64,000 bases of DNA from Octopus sinensis (taxonomy: Eukaryota): the NCBI RefSeq assembly GCF_006345805.1, contig NC_042999.1, positions 172,360,001 through 172,424,000 on the forward strand, written 5' to 3'. Every line of letters begins with the position of its first letter. Position 1 is the first letter of the stretch. Shown piece after piece: positions 50,336-63,750 of this stretch. A program made the translations under genes and the position numbers. Under the pieces are notes generated by a model. The model saw only the letters and a list, made by a program, of their open reading frames with translations. It was not told the DNA's origin and did not search any database.

Positions 50336-52545
50336 AACTTAGATAAACTTAGATATGTTTCGACCAAAGATTGGTCCAGGCCATGTCTAACTTGATAGCA
50401 CCACCTGATAGGATTATTCGAATCCTGTTTAAGTCAAGTTTTGTTTATGGTCCATTCAAGTAGTGAGTTCTTGTTGGGTGAGTTGTATCCAATTATGGGT
50501 GGCTTATCTGGTATTCTTTGAAAGAATATATCCAGACTCGGTTTAAAGTTGATGGGATCCTTTTCCTCTTTGATCTCTTTTGGGACAATGTTAAATAGGG
50601 CAGGGCCTGTTGAAGAAAAGAAGTTACGTTGCAGTGTACATGTATGCTGTGATCTTGAATTGGGCAGGGGACGTATGGCCCGTAGTCCCAGTCTTGGAAG
50701 AACCTTGAAGCTAATGTTCAGGTCGTTTGGGCAAAGTTGGCGGTATATTCTCCACATCGTACAAATGATGTACCGCTTACGGCGACGCTGGAGAGAGTAA
50801 AGTTTCAAGGCTTTAAGGCGATCCCAATAATCGAGAGCAGCCATGCCTTCAATTCGTTTAGTGAGTGCCCTCTGGGGTGACTCAATCCTCGAGATGTTTT
50901 GTCTTGTATGGGGAGACCACAGTGGGCAGCAGTATTCGAGGTGTGGACGTACAAAGGAGGAGAAAAGTGGTATGATGACACCTTGTTCTCTGGACCGGAA
51001 AGTTCTTAAGATCCAGGAACTCATCCTACGAGCTATATCGACCTTCTTGTTGATGTGTGCACTCCAACTGAGATCGTCATCAACAATTAGACCCAGGTCT
51101 CTGATATTGTTAGAGGTTGTGAGCGGTTCCCCTGAAGGAAGAGAGTATGGCTGTTTTAGTGAGGAATTTCTTCCAAAATGCATCAGCTCAAATTTTCCCT
51201 CATTCAGTTGCATTTTGTTTCTGTCTGCCCATTGACTCACAGCATATAGATCAGACTGGAGTTGAGTTCGGTCTGCTTCTTCATTGACGATTTGCTGGAG
51301 CTTAGTGTCATCAGCAAATATTTTCACTTTGCAGTAATGTACGACACTGGAAAGGTCGTTTATGTAAATTATGAAGAGTAGCGGACCCAAGACAGTCCCC
51401 TGGGGGACACCGCTGGTGACTTTTGCTGGGCTTGAGTGGATTCCATCACCTACAACATGTTGTGTTCTATTCGCCAGGAAATATTTAATCCAGTGTAGAA
51501 CTTTTCCACGGATTCCAACATTTGCCAATTCTGAGAGTCGGATATTATGGTCTACCCTGTCGAACGCTTTACTGAAGTCAAGATACATGACGTCAGAGTT
51601 CGAACCTGTTCCCAAGGTTTTGAGTACATCTTCAATGTGGTGTAAGAGCTGTGTTAGACAGTCCCTGCCACAGCGAAAGCCATGCTGATTTGCATTTAGG
51701 AGTTTGTGGGTCTCCGGGAAGTCAGCTATCCTTGATCTTAACACTCTTTCAAACACTTTAATGATGTGGGAGGTGAGTGAGATTGGGCGATAGTTGAGTG
51801 AGAGGGATCTGTTTCCCTGTTTGAAAACTGGGATGACTGACTGGGATTGAAACTGTTTCGGTATATAACCTGCGTGTAACGAATTTCTCCAGAGGTTGGT
51901 CAGAGGGACTGCAAGTTGGTGTCTACATTCCGTCAGGAGACTAGCGGGGAATTTATCAGGGCCTACACCAGAGTAGTATTTGACCTCATTATTGCTGCTA
52001 CGATGTCAGTGGCAGTGAAGGTCATGTCTGAGATTTTATGTTGGGAGTCTACATCGTTCGCTTCTCTTGCGTCAATATCAGTGGGAACACTAAAGACAGA
52101 GCAGTATTGTTTCTGCAGTATTTCTGCCATTTCTTTAGCATCGTGTTGGGGAATGCCGTTATCATCAAGCAATGGCCCAATGGGTGAGACAGTGGTTCTA
52201 TGCTTATTTGCATAAGAATAGAACACTTTTGGGTTCTGTTTGATGTTTTTGATTACCCACTGTTCCTCCACAGCTCTTTGATTTTCAATGGAGGTATTCA
52301 TGTCGGTAGGCCGATAAAGTTTTTCCAGCTCTAGTCTTTTCATTGTTGTTGAATGTAGATGTTGTGTGTGGGAATATTTTAATTGGTTGATTTTTTTTGT
52401 TGAGTTTTTTGATGCGCCTGATGAGTGTTTTTTTTTTCTTTTTAGGGAGCCGTTTTCTGTTTGTGTTAGTAGATTTCGTGGGAGCGTGTTTAGAGCATGT
52501 ATAGGTGACAATGTTTTCAAAGTGCTGTCATGCGGTCTCAATATG
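50333..52545 (-). mobile_element. CR1/L2-group LINE, 5'-truncated
   Basis: RT motifs NYRPISLTS, QHGFR, YLDFSKAFD, GVPQGTVLGPLLF, FADDTKL; frameshifts near 51970 and 52350; short tandem-repeat tail. Confidence 0.96.
50434..51975 (-). CDS. Uninterrupted reverse transcriptase frame of the CR1/L2-group LINE (~514 codons)
   Basis: Listed ORF 50434-51756 extends upstream in frame through NYRPISLTSH to SGVGPDKFP; no endonuclease domain present. Confidence 0.9.
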   Translation of the reverse strand, partial: YSGVGPDKFPASLLTECRHQLAVPLTNLWRNSLHAGYIPKQFQSQSVIPVFKQGNRSLSLNYRPISLTSHIIKVFERVLRSRIADFPETHKLLNANQHGFRCGRDCLTQLLHHIEDVLKTLGTGSNSDVMYLDFSKAFDRVDHNIRLSELANVGIRGKVLHWIKYFLANRTQHVVGDGIHSSPAKVTSGVPQGTVLGPLLFIIYINDLSSVVHYCKVKIFADDTKLQQIVNEEADRTQLQSDLYAVSQWADRNKMQLNEGKFELMHFGRNSSLKQPYSLPSGEPLTTSNNIRDLGLIVDDDLSWSAHINKKVDIARRMSSWILRTFRSREQGVIIPLFSSFVRPHLEYCCPLWSPHTRQNISRIESPQRALTKRIEGMAALDYWDRLKALKLYSLQRRRKRYIICTMWRIYRQLCPNDLNISFKVLPRLGLRAIRPLPNSRSQHTCTLQRNFFSSTGPALFNIVPKEIKEEKDPINFKPSLDIFFQRIPDKPPIIGYNSPNKNSLLEWTINKT

Positions 52546-52639
52546 GGTGGAATATATATATTATTATATTTCTGCTGCTTTCAGATAAAGTATTTATATA
52601 TAATATATATATATATATTATATATATATATATACATAC

Positions 52640-52826
52640 ATATTTATATGTATATATATTTTACTTTTCTCTTGGACTTCTTCCGTCTCCTGTTTCTGAG
52701 GAATAGCTTTTTTCGAAACGTAAAACTACTTTTCTTTCTTTGCCTGAGCGTCTGGTAAATCTTGCATATACCACGTACTCGCATAGTTACTTTCTTCCTG
52801 TGCTTTTCCTTGTTTATTTTGGGCTT

Positions 52827-52830
<4 letters not shown>
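52640..52830 (+). mobile_element. Penelope-type repeat related to family H2, between (TA)n tracts
   Basis: TTTCTGAGGAA...CGAAACGTAAAA.TACTTTTC.TTCTT..CCTGAGCG matches the reverse complement of 17495-17550. Confidence 0.65.
52693..52725 (+). ncRNA. Hammerhead-like motif, intact core but eroded stem II
   Basis: UUU-CUGAGGA-AUAGCUUUUUUC-GAAAC-GUA-AAA. Confidence 0.6.
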
Positions 52831-52864
<34 letters not shown>

Positions 52865-52948
52865 TATATATAATTTATGCATATATATGTGTGTGAATAT
52901 ATATAGAGTGATAGATAGTTAGATAGACAGACAGACGGCCGGATGGAC

Positions 52949-53006
<58 letters not shown>

Positions 53007-55789
53007 AGATAGACAGATGGATGGATGTGCATGAAGCAAATATGTAAATATCACTATATATACCGAATGTTTTCAGTATATCCGAATGTTTTCAGCAAGA
53101 GTAAATTCCTTGAAATTATTTATGGTGATTATTTTCACACAATCGAGGTTTGTGCAGATAGTAGAAATTAAAGTAATTTTCTCACAGGATTTATATACGA
53201 TGATTTTTATGATATAGACTTTCATGATATCGAGGTAGACATTCTCGAGGGTGCTAAGAATGATGTAATATCCACCGGTATTTTACTGGGCAAATCTCAG
53301 TTGAATTTGACTGTCATAGATGAGTAACTTCGTTTACACATATATAATAGGAGGAACATAATTAAGCTAAACTTATGGTTGTAATTACCATGCAATAGCT
53401 GATCGTTATTTCATCAGTCCTAATGAAAATATAAGAATTACGAATGCGATTGAGTATAGTGTGTTTTTTCTAACGCAAAAAAGTATAACATTGACACTTA
53501 AAGCAGAAACTATTAATTATGTTGTTATCAGAAATATGCAATTACAAAGCAGTTTGATTTTTCGGTGTAGTATATGAAGTCCAGATTCACAGATGCATAT
53601 TTTCAGTGTAGAAGTACAAAATTAATAGCACAGGCAAGATTAAGAACGTTAATCATGGAAATATTCAAATTGACTAGAAACACAAATTGAAAAACAGAGA
53701 AGGTAATAAGCATAATAGTAATGTTTTATATTGCAACAAGTCCTTGCATTTTATGGAATATTGTCTAGTAGACAAAACTTTTTATTTATTTTATACTTAT
53801 TTTATAAACTTCTAGATGGTAGAGGTTATCTAAGTCTTCAAGGAGCATTCACACAAAATATAAAGTAGCTGAATACAGCAAAGCGTTGCAACTGTTGCGA
53901 GTGTGCAAACTACCTTCTAAATAACTACATAGAATTTTTAGCATGAACAATAACATCAACAATAACACTTCATATAAAATTCAGACCTTGTCTTTCAAGT
54001 TTAACCGATCATGACACGGTGGTTTAACTTTGACTTTTTTTTTCATTTTTGCAATGCAGTATTTTTTTAATATTAAAATTATTAGATTTCAGATGTCAAA
54101 ATAGCGTCTAAATACGGCTGTTGCAGATCGTGTTGTCTTGTAATTTATTACTTTGGGGCTTTAGATTTTAAAAATTTACACGATAGGAAGTTCAAAGGGA
54201 CATTTGAATCATAATATAAACTATATCTTAAAATTTAATGTTTGAACTAACTACAAATCGTAATTTGCAAAGACGCATGAAAGAAAATAAGGTTGTTTTA
54301 CTTCTCGTTTTATTTTTTATTATATATCTTCTTTACTGACATTAAAGACGAAGCTTTCTTCTAATATTTGAGATATTTATCTTCAAACAAAAAAAAACTG
54401 AGTAAAATAGTGTGATCGTTGAGATTTAAAATAATTGATGTGATAAAAATAAAACAAATAATTTGAACTAAGTAATGGAAAACAGATAAACAAGTTTAGG
54501 TTTACTAAACGGAAATAATGAAATATTATCACAATAGAGAAATACTTAATGTAAAGAAAAAATTTAATTTTAGATAAGCAATACGCAAAGGAGAATAGTT
54601 AAGTTAAAAATTGAATGAAAAAATGCAATGTACATTATATGCGAATGCGTAAAATCAACTATTAGGGGATATTATGAAAACAAGTTCTGATATAGAACCA
54701 TTTTTTCACTCAAATGCCTTTTTTTTTTTCTAGATTTGATAGACGTTGTAAAAAAACTGCAGATTTCAATGGATTAATATGTAGGCCGTTTATGTTTATT
54801 TTTCCTGAATAGATGGTAATGGTCTACCACGCTATTTTGAAATGTATATGACAGCGATAAAGAGTGTGATTATGAATTTAATACCTATAATCCATAAATG
54901 AAGTGATCATAGCTCTGAGCTATTTAGAAAGACGTTCGGAAATACACATGAAGTGAAATAGACGTGGTAATCCTATTGCTTTTAGACCCGACACAATATT
55001 CAAAATAAGAACAATTAGAATACCAAAACTGATAAAATTTTCGACAGAAAATGTTATCAGCAAAAAGAAAATACAATTATGAATATTTTTTTTTAGACTT
55101 TACTAAATACCTGTTTGAAACCTCCATATGCATACATACATAGATACATACTTGCATACATATACATATATATATACATATACATATACATATATATACA
55201 TATATATATACATATGATTATCTATATACATGTATATATATTTATATATGCATATATATACACATATATATGTAACGTATATTCATGCATATGTTTATAC
55301 ATATATATACACACATACATATATATACATACATATATATACATATATATATATACATACATATGTATGATAACAGCTTCATTTTGACAGAGGATAGGCG
55401 TCCCATATATATATGCATGTGTGTGTGTGCGTGTTTGTATGTATGTATATGCATATATATGTCGTTGCTCAGTTTTATTCCAAGATTTCTAGCCAATAGA
55501 GAAGAGTTGGTTTCTAACCTAGTTTCGATGTGCCTTCCTTGGAATTTCAGCATAAATAACAGGGTATTTTTCTATGTTTCTATATGCACAGGTGTGTATG
55601 TTTTGCTTTATGCATTTATTCTTATGCATATAGTTGCATAACTACACATACTCACATATATTTAAATAATAACATACTGGGAAATGTTACAGATTTTTTT
55701 CAGTTACAGTGATGGATTAGATATGTAGTCTTCTAAATAGCTTTCTCCTTTATGGTTTGGAAAAGCCTTATTTCTCCAGAGTGGTATTT

Positions 55790-57120
55790 AGTCAGTGTGT
55801 TTAGAGTGGTATTTAGTCAGGGCGCCAATAATTACAAGTATAAACCTGAAATGTTTATCTGGATAGAGTAGCTGCAGGTTTCTTAGTAGTTCTGCGTAGG
55901 TATTCTCTTTTTCACTGATTTTCAGCTTTATGTTAACATCTACCGGGTAGCTAATTTCTACAACTATGCTCAGTTTCTCGTCTCTATCCCAAATCCCCAA
56001 ATCAGATCTGTTGCGCTTACATTTTATTGAGTCTTCAATGGGGTATTCCACCAGTTCTCCTTTTTATTTTGAGTGGCTATGGCTTCTACCATATTGTGGG
56101 TTTTATTTCTTTGTCCCCGGGATTATCTTCCCGATGGTTTTCATTATAGAGTGTCAACGTCATGTCTCATCGGTAGATAATACCGTCATGACATTTTCGC
56201 ACAATTGCTTATCATGTGGGTGACATCTTGGGTGTCAACTTAACAAAGTCTGCATCGGATGTCTCATTTTACTGCTTTTCATGCACCTCTATCCCATTTG
56301 TGCATCAGGGACTTGGCTGATATTTCCTCTTCCTAGATTGTAAATGCATACCCTTCAAAGTGGGAGTTAGTAATTCAGCTATTGGCCCATGATAAACTAC
56401 TTTGATGACCGATGTTACTATAATCTCGGAGATTTCTACTAACATATACATGCATAGTATTTTGCTTATAAAGGCTCATCCTTTCATTTGGTGATACGTT
56501 GCAGTAGAGTCGTGCGACTTCTTTGGGCTTGTATTCTGGGTTATCAGACAAGAATGTTGCTGAAAGAGCTGCCTTCCAAGTCGTATGATGCTATCAGCCT
56601 CATGTATGCAAACTTAGTGAAGGGATGCACTTCGACACTAGGTGTTAAAATGATATTGCCGAAGGGATATGATACGATATTAAAGGGCATGTCTCCATAA
56701 CTCTACCGCCTTGTTTTCGCTTTAGGTAGAGGCGGTCTACACCACTGTTTATGTGGTAATTATGAGTCCTTGTTAGTATTTTACCACGTCAGTGCTTCGG
56801 ATCTCATCCAGCATCCGATAACGCAACCTAAATGTTGGTATGAGTACGGGCACTGCAAACGCATGGTGGGCCACTGTTTTATTGAATGCATAGTGTTCTA
56901 AGGTCCAAATTATCTTATTTCGGCTGTAATATTCTTTAGTGACACGTGTTTTGTTACAAGTGCCTTTGTAAAATATGTTTTCATCCACCCCTAGATATAG
57001 GGGAAACGGTCAAATCATTGATGGAGATGTCTCTAGTCTGGTTTATAGTTTGTCCCCTTTTCACAACCATATAATATTTATCCCGTCCAAACTCCAACCA
57101 TACATCCTTAGAGAATGTTG
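55790..57120 (-). mobile_element. Highly decayed R4/Dong-like LINE (copy 4)
   Basis: IWDRDEKLSIVVEISYPVDVNI...KENTYAELL...VIIGAL (endonuclease region) and HAFAVPVLIPTF (post-RT region). Confidence 0.8.
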
Positions 57121-57276
57121 TATGTATGTATTTGATGTATTTGATGTAAATGTGCAAATTGTATGTTTTATGTCATATATGTATTTTCCTGCATATATTT
57201 GCATATCTATACATGCTCAAATATATTTAAATGATAAATTTCTGGCAAGTTTTACATGTACGTATGTGTGTGTATG

Positions 57277-57310
<34 letters not shown>

Positions 57311-57476
57311 TGTATGTATGTATGTATGTATGTATGTATGTATGTGTGTAATGTATAATGCGTACGGATGTGGGTTCTGGACACAATTGTTCGAGAGTAA
57401 ATAAAACTGGGAAATATAACTAGATAGATGTAGGGAGTTTGGCCTATTGTAAATCACATCATTATAATACTAAGAC

Positions 57477-57517
57477 ATACATGAGTGCATTTCTTGGTAA
57501 GAAATGCACTCATGTAT
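57477..57517. repeat. Perfect inverted repeat, 19-bp arms with a 3-nt loop
   Basis: ATACATGAGTGCATTTCTT-GGT-AAGAAATGCACTCATGTAT. Confidence 0.95.
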
Positions 57518-58021
57518 TCCTTACTAAGAAAAAGTAGTATTGGGTTTATAGGGCTTGAGGGAATTTAAACAATATACCATTGGAAATCGGCATGAAGAAA
57601 CATTCGAATGGAAAGCAAATATTTTAACGTCGAAGCAGCTTGATTGATTCTCAAACATGTATTATATGTTTATTTTATGTTCATTCTATATTACAGTGCT
57701 AGATACATCTTAGGGAGAATGGACAGCTATATTGTTCATCTGTGTTGTTTGATGACTGCATACATTTTTCTATGGACGTACTAAGGAGGGGATGTATATA
57801 TTTGCATAAAGGAGTTCTGTGTGGATCCTCTTGTAATGTGTGTGAAAGGGTGGTAAATGAACGCACCTCCTTCCTCTCATCCTCACATCATAAACGTGTA
57901 TGATTAAACACTGTATACGTATACGAAAACACACACACATTCAGTCAGACACACCTACTAAGCACAAGCATGCACACGTACACATACACACAGCAGATGT
58001 TCATACATATATATATATATA

Positions 58022-58303
58022 TCACATGATCACGTGACCGACCAGACCATCAGATGTTACACATCGCTGGTCACAATGCGCTGTTTTAGCCTTCGAATGA
58101 CGCCACCCCGGTGGCTGAGCGAGCAGGCCAACAGAAGAAAGAGTGGTGAAAGAGTACAGCAGGGATCACCACCCCCTGCCGGAGCCTCGTGGTGCTTTTA
58201 AGGTGTTTTCGCTCAATAAATACTCACAACGCCCGGTCTGGGAATAGAAACCGCAATCCTACGACTGCGAGTCCGCTGCCCTAACCACTGGGCCATTGCG
58301 CCT
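58022..58303 (-). mobile_element. tRNA-derived SINE related to family C
   Basis: Minus-strand head GGCGCAATGGCCCAGTGGTTAGGGCAGCGGACTCGCAGTCGTAGG...TTCCCAGACCGGG followed by a non-tRNA body. Confidence 0.85.
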
Positions 58304-58403
<100 letters not shown>

Positions 58404-59000
58404 GTATTGGTAAAAACGGTAAGATAACAAAAGAAAGAAAGAGACCTCAATATTATGTAAATAGAGGAAATATATATCCATAAGAATGCATATATATATA
58501 GACGTTTTACTTAGTATTTTTCCATTTTTTAGGATTTTTGGGTGTGGGCATATGTATATTCATTTTTCGTATATGCGTGTGTATGTATGCGTATATAAGC
58601 ATGTGCGGGTATGCACACATATGGGCGTGTGTGTGTATGAGTGCATAAGAGCATGTCCGTATATGAACGTGGTTTTAATGCTTTGTATACTTCCTTATGT
58701 TTTTTTCTGTTACCTTTAACCATGGTTTTTCTTGTGCTTGTGCGTATATAGACGTATGTATGAACTTTTACGGTACGCATGTGTGTGTGTATGAGTTTGT
58801 ATATATATGCGTATATATTTAGCGAAAAATGCGAGTGAAGATGTGTACGTTTTCATAGTGACGTATAAGTACGCACGTGGGTCCGCGGGCGCACATGTGA
58901 GCGTATGACTAGCCGTGTTTTACTATGAAATTTTAATCTTATTTTATATAAGTAGCAGAATTATAACACAGTAATTTCCCTTTATATAACGGTAATTTTT

Positions 59001-59105
59001 CATAACATTTTTTCAGATGGCCAGAAAACCGAAGAGATGGTGTTGTAGATTTCCACTTCGGCATCTGAAACTCAGAGTTTTATCTTGACTATTGAGTAAT
59101 TGTAC

Positions 59106-59193
<88 letters not shown>

Positions 59194-59306
59194 AAATATA
59201 TGTTACAATTATTTTGTAGCCATGGTAAAACTTTGAGCTTCGGATGTCAGGGTGGAAGACCACACCGCCATCTCTTCGCTTATCCGGCCATCGAAAAAAT
59301 GCTATG
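59001..59306. mobile_element. Fold-back/MITE-like element, ~107-bp diverged arms around a (TA)n spacer
   Basis: 59001-59108 aligns to the reverse complement of 59198-59306 with ~24 differences, mostly transitions. Confidence 0.85.
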
Positions 59307-59307
59307 T

Positions 59308-59376
<69 letters not shown>

Positions 59377-59429
59377 GACAATTGATGTGTTCATAGAGAT
59401 CAAATATTTGTGCCACACATTTGCTCACT

Positions 59430-59590
59430 TTCTCCATCTGTCTGAACAGCTGCACGGTGTACCACGTATCAGGTGTCGAAGTGATCGCAGAGCAACGTGA
59501 GATGAATGGCTTTGCTCAAAAACACAATGCACCCTCTGCTTTAGGAATTGGAAGCCCGATCTTGAGTGCAATACCCTGACCACTAGGTCA
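59430..59590 (-). mobile_element. SINE family C fragment
   Basis: AGAGCAACGTGAGATGAA...TTGCTCAAAAACACAA block as in the 18.27 and 31.34 kb copies. Confidence 0.7.
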
Positions 59591-59978
59591 TATATACAAA
59601 TCTGGACGCTGCGTCTGTGGGCCAATAATGCAGAAACACATTACCTAATGTTCATATTTTCCTGACCGCTTTAAATTTCTTAATTCATTTGGCAGCAGAT
59701 TGCATTTCAACTCGGTTTCGGATACGTTACCTCCGAGTGGTAGTTGTGTTACTGATCAAATCATTTCGGCTTTTTACGTTTTTATTTCAGAATAACACCC
59801 CAACTGCACTTCTGCGATTTGTCTAGTACAACTATGCATGTATGTATGCATATCGATATATGTACTATGCATGCACATATGTATGTATGCATGCATATAT
59901 GTATGTGTGCGTGTGTATGTGCAGGCATGTATTCCTCTCTATATATATGTGTGTATGTATCTCTCGCTATATGTATTA

Positions 59979-60034
<56 letters not shown>

Positions 60035-60314
60035 TCTGTAATGAGATGAAAAACCAAGGCTGTGTAGATTTTAGAACATTTATAAATAGGAGATCTTACA
60101 GCTCTTTCTGGGATATTTATTATATCCCTTCATCGGAGAGGGTGTGAGAAGATGGTTGGGCAATAGTTAATTTAGATAAAATACGAAATAGAGAATGAGG
60201 TGGAGGAATGAAAATATATGTGAAATATGCAGGGATATTGTATTTGTAGATTCATTATTTAGGCAGAATGGTATACATATAAGATCCCAATACCTTACGA
60301 GTACAATCCAATGG

Positions 60315-60394
<80 letters not shown>

Positions 60395-60634
60395 CCTACA
60401 TAAATATATACATTCTTACATGCATACATATAGAGATAGAGAGAGAGGGGGAGAGAGAAAGAATTAGAGATATAGATACTTTTGCTCCTATCTGTCACAC
60501 AATTGAGGACGATCATTTATTGAATTATATTTGAAAGCATTAACACGTTTGTAATTAATATTCTGCATCCCCTATGTAACGTGTGAAAACTAATTCCAAG
60601 TTAACTACAACCATTTCATTATTTTAGTTACTGT

Positions 60635-60855
60635 GAGGCGGCGAGCCGGCAGGAACGGTAGCACGCAGGGCGAAATGCTTAGCGGTATTTCATTTGTCTT
60701 TACATTCTGAGTTCAAATTCCGCCAAGGTCGATTTTTACCTCCCATATTTTCGACGTCGAGAAATTAAGTACCATTTGCGTTCTGGGATCAATGTAATAG
60801 ACTGGGCCCCTTCCCCAATATTTCGGGCCTTGTGCCTAGAACAGGAAAGATTATT
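60635..60855 (+). mobile_element. SINE family B
   Basis: GGCGGCGAGCCGGCAGGAACGGTAGCACG head; close to the 2645-2870 copy. Confidence 0.9.
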
Positions 60856-61477
60856 TTAGTTACTGTATACTTTTTATGAAAGGGTAACAAAAGTTCCTTA
60901 ATCATTGCTAGTAAGTGACTATTGTGATTTTCTAAATTGATGTTGAATTTTTTTTTTAATTACTCAATGGGGAAAACTGTTGAGAAATCATTGGATACAA
61001 TGAACGCTTGAAGTGAAGAACTGGAGAAATATTTCTTTTGCATTTCTATCAGCTTGATAAAAATAACACTGTGTATCGATCTAAACTTTATACATATATA
61101 GATGGGGACCCGCACTATTCTGAGACAAGTTCTCGCTGTTTGTTATTCGTGCAGATACACACTATTTTCCATTCCATGAGTTTTATTATATGAAATATAT
61201 ATCTCACAGAGAAACCGATTCATTACACTAATGAATGCATTAAAAATATGTTTGGAATTTTATTTCAGCAAAAATATTAATCGGCACCATGAGATTTTAC
61301 TTTTAGAATACCAGTGCTGTATTACTGTTCTGTTCAATTACTATTCTATATGCATCTCAACGTCTGGCGTCAGTTGGTAATTATTGCTGTTACTTAATAA
61401 ACGATCACTTTCTGTGAATTTCTATGCACGCTCGCATACTATATTCAGGCATACGTACATACAAATAATCTTTTCTA

Positions 61478-61820
61478 CTCTAGGCACAAAGCCTGAAATT
61501 TTGTGGGAGGGAGACAGTCGATTAGATCGATTCCAGTACCCAACTGGTATTAAATTTATCGACCCCGAATGGATGAACGGCAAAGTCGACCTCGGCGGAA
61601 TTTGAACTCAGAACATAAAGAGAGACGAAATACCTGTTTCTTTACTACCCACAAGGGGCTAAACATAGCGAGGACAAACAAGGACAGACAAACGGATTAA
61701 GTCGATTATATCGACCCCAGTGCGTAACGTGTACTTATTTAATCGAGAACGTAACGGCAGACGAAATACGGCTACGCCTTTCGCCCGGCGTGCTAACGTT
61801 TCTGCCAGCTCGTCGCCTTA
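61478..61820 (-). mobile_element. Two adjacent/nested SINE family B copies
   Basis: Minus-strand head at ~61818 (GGCGACGAGCTGGCAGAAACGTTAGC); second body starts ~61625 with GAGTTCAAATTCCGCCGAGGTCGAC. Confidence 0.85.
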
Positions 61821-63714
61821 TAAGTACATATAAATAATGATATATCTACGTATGAATGAATGACATATTACCTCTCTAAGGAAATACCCCGCTTTTATGA
61901 CGCATTTGTGTGAACAGTGTATCATTAGCAAAAGAACTGATTAAAACGAAAGATTTATTCAATAATGCTATCCCTATTTCACTCGTACAGAAATATAGAT
62001 ACAAATATAGTTTACTGCATGTGGGTTTGCTCGTGTCTGTATAACGCTCCATACACTGTCAGTATGTATGGGGTATTATTTTCAGTTTATTTTCATTCAA
62101 CAATGAAGTGTATTTTTTAACAGATCATCAATTCGGAACAGAAGTTATTATCAAAGTTCAATTTACGTGAATGTAAAACATGATCTAAATAATAAATATT
62201 TCGATAACGTTTGAAGAAAAAGAAGTAAATATGTCGTTACTATATTATTTTGATTTTTTTTTTGCCTGTTCCCGCCTCCAGTAACGAAATATTAAACATA
62301 TATTGAATACCCCTTAAACAAATATTTTTTTCTACTCTTTTACAACTAAAATAAATTTTCTATCGGTAATCGTAATGTTCGTGACATTTGTATTTCTCTG
62401 TGAAACCATATACATAAATGAAGATACAGGTCTTGACTCTGCACGATTTCTATTGTCCTGTGTATTTCTTGTTTCTATTTGTTCAATATAAAGAATAAGA
62501 AACAACATGTTGCTATCGACTTCTTTCATTTCATCGAAGGACGCTTAAATAAACGAAACAAGTTGCTTCTATTTCTATAAATGAACAAAATAATAGATAG
62601 TATGGAGGTTGCTAAGCAATAGTTCATCCAACATTAACATTAACACTAGCATACATTTACTCTTTCGCTGGTTTATCCAGGAAGAATTTCATATAATTAT
62701 GGTTGCTAAAAGTGATATTTCTCCTATAAAGGATTGAAGCTACGAAAGAAATCTTATTTTATGACTACTGTGTCAATATTTCAGTTCCATTCAATCAGAA
62801 ATAATCGCCCATGCAAAATGAATGATAATCTTCCAATAGTTTTTACTCTAAACTATAAGATTTTTTTTTTCTGGGCGAAGAGACTACAATTAGTTTGAAT
62901 ATATTTCTCAGTTTGCGACGAATGTCTTTATCAACGTTAAACAGAATAGTTTGTTTCCTTGATTAATAAACCAAAATAGACGAAAAAGTATTCTGTACCA
63001 CACTAAATATTGTTAGCGAATTTCCCCCATTTCTCCAGAAAAGCGCAAACAAATACGATGTACATTAGGACGATGGTAAATAACTGTTTCAAGGTCGTCG
63101 TACATTGCTTTCAGATGTCAAAATCTCAAATTTCATAATACGTCACAATTTTAACTAACATTAGAACCAAAATGGTATCTTAATAATATTTTATGATGGT
63201 GTTGGTATTTCTAACTTAATTCTACAAATTATAAATTCACTTTTATCTATTTTCTATATTATGTTAGGTGTGAGAAAATAAATCGATATTCTTGTTTATC
63301 TTTTTCTTAATTCCGTCGATTTTCATTCATTTTTTATTATATTTCATACGATGTTTTTTTTTCTTTTTTTCGAGAATATGAGAGCTGGCATCACAATTTA
63401 CACCTCACCTGCCTATCAGTGACCACCACAACTGTATATGTAACAGTGCTCCTCTTCTCTGTCTATACCTTTATGTGTGTACTGTTTTGCGAATGAATAG
63501 TTTTATTGAAACACTTTCTAATACGCTCACTAGTTAAAAAATAGCATTCTCTCCTACATTTGTGCATTATACAGGGCATTGCTTTTGTTGCAAATTCCCA
63601 TTTTATCGCTAAAAATTTCTCTCAACCTCAACCTCTGAACTTCTCAGTAGTATTACGATATTTCTTAGTTCACCAGCATTAATCTCGTTGCAAAGTCATA
63701 TCTGTCTACCTATC

Positions 63715-63750
63715 TTTCCCTGAAGAAGAACTACCACGAAACGTAGCAAA
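63715..63750 (+). ncRNA. Degenerate hammerhead-like motif
   Basis: UUUCC-CUGAAGA-A-GAACUACCAC-GAAAC-GUA-GCAAA; core and triplet intact, stem II reduced to one G-C pair. Confidence 0.45.
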
